Positions 57,696 to 64,000 of a DNA stretch of 64,000 nt are shown here, one piece after another. Position 1 is the first letter of the stretch. Every line of letters starts with the position of its first letter. Where the stretch lies: IMG/VR virus record IMGVR_UViG_3300020156_000025, positions 25,985-89,984 of that record; one strand, given 5' to 3'. A model generated the notes under the pieces. The model had not been told where the DNA came from, did not search any database, and saw nothing but the letters and a program-made list of their open reading frames with translations. This stretch comes from a virus. The position numbers and the translations under genes were made by a program.

Positions 57696-57977
57696 ATGAC
57701 CCCGACGCTGCGAGCTTACGCGCTGGAACGCTACCCGGGGGAGCTGCACCCGGACGCACTGAGCGCCGAGATCGTGCTCTACTTGAAAGGGCAAGGGGAG
57801 GAAGCGCTGAACACCGCCCTTGCCGCCACGAATGATTGCACGGAGCTGAACCCGGAGGACCCCCGCCCTTGCGGGAAATGCAACGGGTGTATCTCGCGTT
57901 GGAACGCGCTGTTGACCGTTGCGGAGGTGGAGGAATTCCCGGAACATTGGTATCGAATTGCACCCCCTTGGAGATGA
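57696..57977 (+). CDS. Hypothetical Cys-containing protein
   Basis: PCGKCNGC. Confidence 0.5.
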   Translation: MTPTLRAYALERYPGELHPDALSAEIVLYLKGQGEEALNTALAATNDCTELNPEDPRPCGKCNGCISRWNALLTVAEVEEFPEHWYRIAPPWR

Positions 57978-58333
57978 ACGAAGGAGACACCTTGATCGTG
58001 AGCCGGAACTCGCCGCATTATGCCGAGGTCCGAAGTGCGGCGCTTGTCGCGTTGAACGAAAACGAAGACCGCGAGGATAGGAAAAGGGCGGTCCGGGCTT
58101 TGATGGACCGCTATCCTGAAATTTTCGTCCGGCAGGACGACCTGATGGCCATGATAGACACCGAGCATCCGGAGGGGCTTTCGATCCTGCTCGAAAGTAA
58201 GGAGGGGAGGGAACGGAGAGAGAAACAGGAGCGGGACGCGCAGGTCTACAAGACCATGTTTTTCGAGCCTCCGCCGGTTGCCCCGGGCACCCGCAAAATC
58301 CGCTTGGATCGGACGCCGGACAAAACTTGCTAA
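57974..58333 (+). CDS. Hypothetical protein with near-terminal RKIRLD
   Basis: ATGA-coupled ORF. Confidence 0.55.
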   Translation: MNEGDTLIVSRNSPHYAEVRSAALVALNENEDREDRKRAVRALMDRYPEIFVRQDDLMAMIDTEHPEGLSILLESKEGRERREKQERDAQVYKTMFFEPPPVAPGTRKIRLDRTPDKTC

Positions 58334-58363
58334 ACGATACCCGATGTGCGAACATGCGTTCCG

Positions 58364-59098
58364 ATGATCGCAACCGATGAACTCAAAAAGGTAGGCTTCA
58401 AGGAACGCGCGGGGAGTCTTTATCTCGGCTATTGGCCGTGGATGTGGTGCAATGATGAGCAGACGTTCCCTCACGTGACGCGGAGGCACATGATCCACCG
58501 CGAGTGCGAGATGCTGGAGTGGCTGACGAAGCGGACCGCGAGGCACGAATACTTCATGAGCCTGACGCCCCGGACTTACTCCTACGGGAACCGCGGAACC
58601 GGGGATGAAACCTACGCGTCGAAACCGTTCGAGCCGTGGACGCTGACCCTCATGGGGAAGTTGAACGATTTGCTGGGGACCCGGTTCAACGTCTGTTTCC
58701 TGAACAAATACGACGACGAGCACCAGCACCTCGGGTGGCATGCGGACGACTTTCCGGGAATGATCTCGGAGGAGCCCATCGCTGTCGTGTCGTTCGGGGC
58801 GGAGCGGGAGATTTGGGTAAAACTCCAGAAAGAACCCTGCGATGCATGTGCCGGAACCGGATGCACTTTTCGGGAGGGAAGTTCGCCGGAAGACAAGATC
58901 GACTGCCCGCAATGCAAGGGCACCGGAAGCTGTCCCTCGAAAGGCATCGTGCCGCCTGAGCAACGCATCCTGCTGGAACAGGGTTCGGTGTTCCTGATGC
59001 CGCCCGGCTATCAGGACACGCATTTCCACCGCATCCCGAAACACTCCCGCCCTTGTGGTCCCCGGATCAGCCTCACGTTCCGATCTTTCGCCGATTAA
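58364..59098 (+). CDS. alkB: AlkB-family 2OG-Fe(II) dioxygenase with inserted CxxCxGxG Zn finger
   Basis: FNVCFLNKY, GWHADD, SFGAER, HRIPK, RISLTFR. Confidence 0.88.
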   Translation: MIATDELKKVGFKERAGSLYLGYWPWMWCNDEQTFPHVTRRHMIHRECEMLEWLTKRTARHEYFMSLTPRTYSYGNRGTGDETYASKPFEPWTLTLMGKLNDLLGTRFNVCFLNKYDDEHQHLGWHADDFPGMISEEPIAVVSFGAEREIWVKLQKEPCDACAGTGCTFREGSSPEDKIDCPQCKGTGSCPSKGIVPPEQRILLEQGSVFLMPPGYQDTHFHRIPKHSRPCGPRISLTFRSFAD

Positions 59099-59145
59099 CC
59101 ATTGACCGAAGCCCCGAATAAACGACCTCGCACAGGCACCCGTCC

Positions 59146-59355
59146 ATGAACAGACAAAGGAGGTGGCAGCACCGCATGACCGGAGAAAACCGATGCAACC
59201 AATGCGGACAACCGAAACCGGGGAGGGAAGGATTGAAACGCTGCCGCCCTTGCCAAGAGAAGGCCACCGAACGCTCCAGAAACGACTATCGCAAAAAACA
59301 TGGAATACCGCTCGATAGCCCCTTGTTCCACTCCTTGACCAGAAAACGCAAATAA
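59146..59355 (+). CDS. Small basic Zn-finger protein
   Basis: CNQC...CRPC. Confidence 0.5.
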   Translation: MNRQRRWQHRMTGENRCNQCGQPKPGREGLKRCRPCQEKATERSRNDYRKKHGIPLDSPLFHSLTRKRK

Positions 59356-59405
59356 ACCTGCCAAGCTCGAACATTGCACCGATCCACCCCACGCCTGACA
59401 CTCCG

Positions 59406-59717
59406 ATGAACGCCGATTTTGAACAATCCCCCGATGAGGTAACTTCGCCGCCCGTGATCCGCTTTTCCATCCCGGAGAATTGGACCAAGGAGGAGCACTT
59501 GAAGCATCCGCTCGTGCAGCGATACCGGGAGCAGGTGATCGACGTGGTGAATGATCCGGACCTCGTGGACGGGGAAGACGTGACCGCTGAGGAGCTTCTG
59601 TATGAGCAGGACTTCTATTCGATCGCGGTAGGCTTCGCGCTGGCCTACGGACTGAACGCTGGCCAAGCGATGGCATTTGCCACGTTCACCCGTTACAATC
59701 TCCCCGACGGGGTATGA
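59406..59717 (+). CDS. Hypothetical protein
   Basis: ORF in gene run. Confidence 0.5.
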   Translation: MNADFEQSPDEVTSPPVIRFSIPENWTKEEHLKHPLVQRYREQVIDVVNDPDLVDGEDVTAEELLYEQDFYSIAVGFALAYGLNAGQAMAFATFTRYNLPDGV

Positions 59718-59941
59718 AAATGCAAACCGTGCAAAACCGGGGAGACTCCGATGACGAGGTGGACGTGGAACGCGTGCATGAAACCGCGGGAGCGTATGCG
59801 CTGCGGCGCTGGGGGACAGAGGAGAAACCGGAGTGGTTCCCCCGCTCGCAGGTGCACTTCGCGTCTTACAATCTCAAAACCCGCCGGGGGAAGGCCGTGA
59901 TCCCGGGGTGGCTGCTCAAGGACCGTGGCTGGAACACCTGA
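59714..59941 (+). CDS. Hypothetical protein
   Basis: ET..AY...EWFPRSQV...IPGWL phage small-domain motif. Confidence 0.55.
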   Translation: MKMQTVQNRGDSDDEVDVERVHETAGAYALRRWGTEEKPEWFPRSQVHFASYNLKTRRGKAVIPGWLLKDRGWNT

Positions 59942-59954
59942 CCTTCTCACGAAC

Positions 59955-60416
59955 ATGAAACCGAAAATCACCAAGCAGCATCGCTCCAATATCGCCACGC
60001 TCGCCAAGGGCCTGATGACCCGCAGACTCAAGACGGGGTTCAGGATGTATCGCTTCTCGACGCATGCTAACCCCTCGCTGGTGAAGAACCGGTGCGGCAC
60101 TACCTGTTGCGCTGCGGGACACGGGCCTATACTCGTGACGCCAGCGGAAAGCTGGGAGAGCTGGCACAACTATACCGCCCGGGTCTTCGGGATGTATGCC
60201 GGGGACGACACGGGCCGGTTCGGCTGGCTATTCGGAAATAGGTGGCCCGCGGATAAGAAGCAATTCGCCGCCCGTGCCTACCATTACCTCAAGACCGGGC
60301 GCTTCCCGATAAACCACGCCTTCAAGCTCGTCCTGCCGGTCCCGGACCCGTCCGAGTTCGACCGCTGGATCATTCCCGCTGCGGAAAAAACCTCGCCTTG
60401 CTCCGGTAAGGCATGA
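59955..60416 (+). CDS. Hypothetical protein
   Basis: CGTTCCAAGHGP...WLFG..W motif. Confidence 0.6.
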   Translation: MKPKITKQHRSNIATLAKGLMTRRLKTGFRMYRFSTHANPSLVKNRCGTTCCAAGHGPILVTPAESWESWHNYTARVFGMYAGDDTGRFGWLFGNRWPADKKQFAARAYHYLKTGRFPINHAFKLVLPVPDPSEFDRWIIPAAEKTSPCSGKA

Positions 60417-60610
60417 CTGATTGGCCAATGCAGAGGCTTGCTGTATCCCCGTCCCGGCGGGGTCTGCACACCGGGAAACTCTCCAACCAACGACAGGGCG
60501 GCGCACGAGAAGTGCTAGGCCAGCGGTGCCGAATGAGCGGGGACGCATCTGGTATAGCTCCGCTCAACAAGCCGGTGAAAATCCGGCCCCTGTCTCCAAC
60601 TACTGCCACG

Positions 60611-60898
60611 ATGACACCTGAGCGCGCCAAAGATCTATTACCGTGCATTATCGCCCATTCCGAGCGGAAGACGATTCAGTCCCGGCGCGGGCCGGAAGAC
60701 CCTTGGCGAGACAACCCTGATCCCACGTTTTACGGCCCCGATGAATACCGCATCAAGCCCGGGCCGCGCGAGGTGTGGATGAACCTTTATCCGGGTGGAC
60801 CCGCGAGGATTTACTACGCCTCCCGAGAGGAGGCCGACAAGGCAGCCGAAAACGACCGCATCCACTGCGCCCGGATCGAGTTGCCGCCGCAGGAATGA
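60611..60898 (+). CDS. Hypothetical protein
   Basis: YRIKP.PREVW phage motif. Confidence 0.55.
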   Translation: MTPERAKDLLPCIIAHSERKTIQSRRGPEDPWRDNPDPTFYGPDEYRIKPGPREVWMNLYPGGPARIYYASREEADKAAENDRIHCARIELPPQE

Positions 60899-60938
60899 AC
60901 ACCTCGCGATCCATCGAACAATTACAATCGACACCGAA

Positions 60939-63371
60939 ATGAACCGACCGAACGAACAGACCGAGCCCTCCGCCGCCCTGAAACCCGACGATGCCGGTAG
61001 CGTGCCGCGGGTGATGACCGATGCACGGACGATGGAGGCATTGCCGGAACCCTACCACAGCCGGGCCAAGACGAGGCTCAGGGAGTATCTTGTGGCGAAA
61101 TACAATCTCGGGGAGGGAGAACCCGTGACCGCGGAAGCGGTGAATTCCCTCGTGTCCGGGGGGCTCTATTACGCGTTCGTATGGGACGAGACGCCGGAAG
61201 GACTGAATTTCTGGCGTCAGGTGGATGACGCGCTCCACAAGGGGAAGGGAACGCCGCTGCCGCCCTTCCCGTCATCGGAAGGAACATCGCGGGTGATGAG
61301 GGTGGAGCAATCGACAGGCATCGCGCAGGCGCTGCCGGAGCAATACAGGGAGCGGGTCGAACTCCGGGTGCGGGAATACGTCCGCACGCTGCACACGGAT
61401 ACGGAAAAGATCGAGGCCGAAGTCCGCGAAAGGTTGAATTCGTCGTTATGGCAGGCGTTTCCGTGGGGCAGCACACCTGAAGGGTTTCGATTCTGGCGGA
61501 AGGTGGATGCTGCCGTGAAACTCAGAGCCGGGGCGGAGCTGCCGCCCCTGCCTCCGTTGATGATCCATGCGAGGAACCAAGCCGGGGAGGTGGTAGCCAC
61601 GGCAGTGTATGACGACCCGGTGCGGAAGGACGAACCCGAACCCCCGCCCTTCGCGGTGGGGGACTTGGTGACGTTCCGGCTCAAGACCCGTGCGGGAACG
61701 GCCCGGGTAACCGCGGTGGATGGTAACGGGGTGACGCTGGACAGGATGCTCGGGGGGTGGAACCGATGGGAGACCCACCTGCTGCGCAAGGCCGGGGAGG
61801 CGGAGAGTCCGGAGAAAAAACAGGAAGCGGCATTGAAGGACAAGATCACCGCCGAGGTGCGGGGAGCGTTGAAAGAGGACAGGAAAACGATCGGGCCGTC
61901 CTTGGGGCAGGAGAAGGTGAAGCTACCGAGACTCAACAAAGGGGATCTGGTGATGGTGGAACGGTTCACTCCCGAATCCGGGGAGGGGATTCCGTTCATC
62001 ATGGAGATGGAGAAGATGGTGGGGCAGATCGAGACCGTTACCGCGGTGTATGCCAACGGGGCCTGCCGGGTCAATAATTGCATATGGCCGCGGAGGGCGT
62101 TGAAGAAGGTGATCGCGGAGGTCATACCGAACGAAGAACCGCGGGGGGAGGAGAAAGAAACTCCGTCCTTGGAGGAGAAGTTACAATGGTCGGTCAACAC
62201 CATACCCGCACCGCGCGCACGTCTGAAGACCGTAGGGAAGAAAGAAGAAAAAGCCCAGCCGTGGGGAATCGTGAAGAGATACCGTGCGGGAGACAAGACG
62301 GTGAGGATTGCCACCCGGAACGGACAACTGGACTACCCGCTGGATGGAATCGAGCTGCACCCGGAGGATGACAGGGAGGCCACCGAAAGGATCAGGGCAC
62401 GTAAGCAGAGGGGGCAGGAGATCGAGGAGAAACGGAAAGAAAAGGAACCGGTCTTGCAAACTTTGCAAAAAGAGGAGCCGCCTCATGACCCCTCCGCCAA
62501 GGACAAGCCCCGGCTGGTGATCCTGTATTCGGGGGGCTTCGACTCGCTGGCCATGCTGAGAGTAGCGAAGGGCAAGCAGGAGGAGCACGGAACGTGGTCG
62601 GAGATCGTGTGCCTGACGGTGGGAATGGAGCACGGGTATGCCGCCGCCGAGTCCGCCGCGATCCGACGGCAACACGCCGCGGGGGAGTTCAAGGGGGTGA
62701 GGCATGTGAACCTCGGGCTGCCCTTGCACGTGTTGCACGGGAAGGAACTGCCGCAGGGAGGACAGGGGAGCCAGATCATCCCGATGCGCAACCTGATGCT
62801 CGCTTCCGTCGCGTCGATGCTCGGAGGGGAAATCTGGTTGGGGGCGTTGAAGGGGGAACAGCTCGGGAAGGAGAGGGACAAGTCGGAGGAGTTCCGCCGC
62901 AGGTTGAACCACGTGCTGGGATACACGGGGGAGGGAATCGGGCACAAGGCGGAGCTGATGTTCCCGTTCCAGAACTACACCAAGACGATGCTGATGGAGC
63001 GGGTGGTGACCCGGCTAGGGTGCGGGGCGCTCGCGGACATGCTGGAACGCACATCGTCGTGCTACCTGCCGGACGAGGAGGGGATGGCGTGCGGAACCTG
63101 CCTCGCTTGCGTGAAGCGGACGATGGCCGTGGTGGGGGCGACGGGATTCTCGGTCCCGAACCTGTCTTGGCAGGCCGTAAGGACGACGATGCACGCCCCT
63201 TATGCGCAGGAGCTGCGGAAGGCGATCGGACTCGCGACCGGGGACAACTACGACAAGGAGCGGTTCACGGAGGACCGCGTGCTGGAGTTCCGCAGGGTGG
63301 AGGCCCTGATCGTGGCGGCGGGTATCTGGAACGCCGTGCAGGGAATGCCCCGTAGCAAAGACAATCCGTGA
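60939..63371 (+). CDS. queC: Multidomain protein with C-terminal QueC (7-cyano-7-deazaguanine synthase) domain
   Basis: From ~62514: ILYSGGFDS, IPMRNLML, TSSCY....CGTCLACVKR Zn site; N-terminal ~520 aa with two F.W..TPEG..FW repeats. Confidence 0.8.
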   Translation: MNRPNEQTEPSAALKPDDAGSVPRVMTDARTMEALPEPYHSRAKTRLREYLVAKYNLGEGEPVTAEAVNSLVSGGLYYAFVWDETPEGLNFWRQVDDALHKGKGTPLPPFPSSEGTSRVMRVEQSTGIAQALPEQYRERVELRVREYVRTLHTDTEKIEAEVRERLNSSLWQAFPWGSTPEGFRFWRKVDAAVKLRAGAELPPLPPLMIHARNQAGEVVATAVYDDPVRKDEPEPPPFAVGDLVTFRLKTRAGTARVTAVDGNGVTLDRMLGGWNRWETHLLRKAGEAESPEKKQEAALKDKITAEVRGALKEDRKTIGPSLGQEKVKLPRLNKGDLVMVERFTPESGEGIPFIMEMEKMVGQIETVTAVYANGACRVNNCIWPRRALKKVIAEVIPNEEPRGEEKETPSLEEKLQWSVNTIPAPRARLKTVGKKEEKAQPWGIVKRYRAGDKTVRIATRNGQLDYPLDGIELHPEDDREATERIRARKQRGQEIEEKRKEKEPVLQTLQKEEPPHDPSAKDKPRLVILYSGGFDSLAMLRVAKGKQEEHGTWSEIVCLTVGMEHGYAAAESAAIRRQHAAGEFKGVRHVNLGLPLHVLHGKELPQGGQGSQIIPMRNLMLASVASMLGGEIWLGALKGEQLGKERDKSEEFRRRLNHVLGYTGEGIGHKAELMFPFQNYTKTMLMERVVTRLGCGALADMLERTSSCYLPDEEGMACGTCLACVKRTMAVVGATGFSVPNLSWQAVRTTMHAPYAQELRKAIGLATGDNYDKERFTEDRVLEFRRVEALIVAAGIWNAVQGMPRSKDNP

Positions 63372-63405
63372 CCTGTCCTTGCCCATGTGCCATACTGCCG
63401 GGAAC

Positions 63406-63711
63406 ATGACCGATAGATCCGGGCTGACGCTGGACAAGCTGCGGAAGGCCCGGGCGCTCCTTGAACGATCACATGCACCAAGCACCTATACCATGAGTGG
63501 AAACGGTAAATTCGAGGACCTGCCGCGCGAGCAACAGGAGTTGCTCAAGAAGGCCATGCGCGACATCGACGAACGGAAGAGAACCGTGGAGGCGTTCATG
63601 GCCGCTCAGGCGCTGGCGGAACTCCGGGGACCTGCGGGGGACGTGCCGCGGAAAAACAACCGCCCTTCTACCAAGGGGGCGTTCGGGAAGGGCAAGAGAC
63701 CACGCCGATGA
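63406..63711 (+). CDS. Hypothetical protein
   Basis: ORF after queC fusion. Confidence 0.5.
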   Translation: MTDRSGLTLDKLRKARALLERSHAPSTYTMSGNGKFEDLPREQQELLKKAMRDIDERKRTVEAFMAAQALAELRGPAGDVPRKNNRPSTKGAFGKGKRPRR

Positions 63712-64000
63712 GCACTGAATATCACGATCCTACCCCCTCCGCCCTGCGCGTGTTCCTCGCCGAGAGCATGGGGTGGCGCTTCTCGCCGCCTTGCGCGACA
63801 TCGGACAAACTCACTTCGACCCATTGCTGGGTTCATCCCGGCTACGAACGGTGGCAGACCGAGGAGCTTCCCGCCCTGACCCTCGACTGGCTGCACGAGT
63901 GCATCCGGGAGCTGCTGACCGATGATGTGCAGTGGTGCGCTTTCGATTATGAGCTGGATCGACTCACGCACCCTTGGATCGCCAAGACATACGGGGAGAA
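63708..64000 (+). CDS. Hypothetical protein (3'-truncated by window)
   Basis: ATGA overlap; frame open to window end (MSTEYHDPTPSALRVFLAESMGW...). Confidence 0.55.
   Translation, partial: MSTEYHDPTPSALRVFLAESMGWRFSPPCATSDKLTSTHCWVHPGYERWQTEELPALTLDWLHECIRELLTDDVQWCAFDYELDRLTHPWIAKTYGE

Larger units (their letters stand above)
32..59252 (+). repeat. Dispersed strand-polarised octamer CGCCCTTG (~40 copies by eye)
   Basis: e.g. 32, 2641, 11822, 12952, 13452, 16659, 29783, 38891, 53420. Confidence 0.75.
1369..62471 (+). repeat. Dispersed TTTGCA-N5-TGCAAA operator-like boxes (~26 copies)
   Basis: At approximately 1369, 6840, 7696, 11862, 12841, 13255, 15359, 19721, 22667, 25569, 28492, 31889, 34779, 36428, 36827, 39855, 40930, 41440, 45102, 46684, 48102, 51806, 53443, 57339, 59721, 62454. 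Confidence 0.85.

Noticed and set aside
1369-62471. TGCA boxes as a CRISPR array or transposon ends
   Set aside because: Dispersed at kb scale, often inside genes, with no transposase or target duplications
1-64000. tRNA, rRNA, integrase, reverse transcriptase or diversity-generating retroelement
   Set aside because: No cloverleaf, recombinase or RT motifs, and no template/variable repeat pair seen by eye; a tRNAscan/Infernal run would be needed to exclude RNAs
1-64000. Frequent GGGG runs as functional G-quadruplexes
   Set aside because: Explained by strong GGG (Gly) codon preference on the coding strand

Overview
This window is an internal 64-kb piece of a large, GC-rich (~65% by eye) tailed dsDNA phage; every credible gene is on the + strand. 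1-12.6 kb is the end of the tail module: tape measure, tail and fibre proteins, an embedded glycosyltransferase/sulfotransferase trio, and a lysis cassette. 12.9-18.5 kb is an early block with a Ycf46-like AAA+ ATPase, DUF1257 and DUF2997. 19-36 kb covers replication and recombination: initiator with iterons, DnaB, UDG-fused PolA, primase, SSB, SF2 helicase, RecA, HNH, Hjc-like, Cas4-like and RuvC. 36.5-64 kb is a long run of accessory genes, including RNase H, an ART-like protein, NUDIX, ParB-like, TGT/DpdA-like, AlkB and a QueC fusion. Four recurrent signals are not explained by this gene list: (1) the peptide P-V-R-S-R-R, 13 copies in 10 unrelated proteins with varied codons; (2) a C-terminal basic-(I/L)RL(D) tag on 6 unrelated proteins; (3) about 26 co-oriented TTTGCA-N5-TGCAAA operator-like boxes; (4) about 40 strand-polarised CGCCCTTG octamers. 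Family assignments come from recognising motifs by eye, not from database searches. A Verrucomicrobia/PVC host is only an inference.
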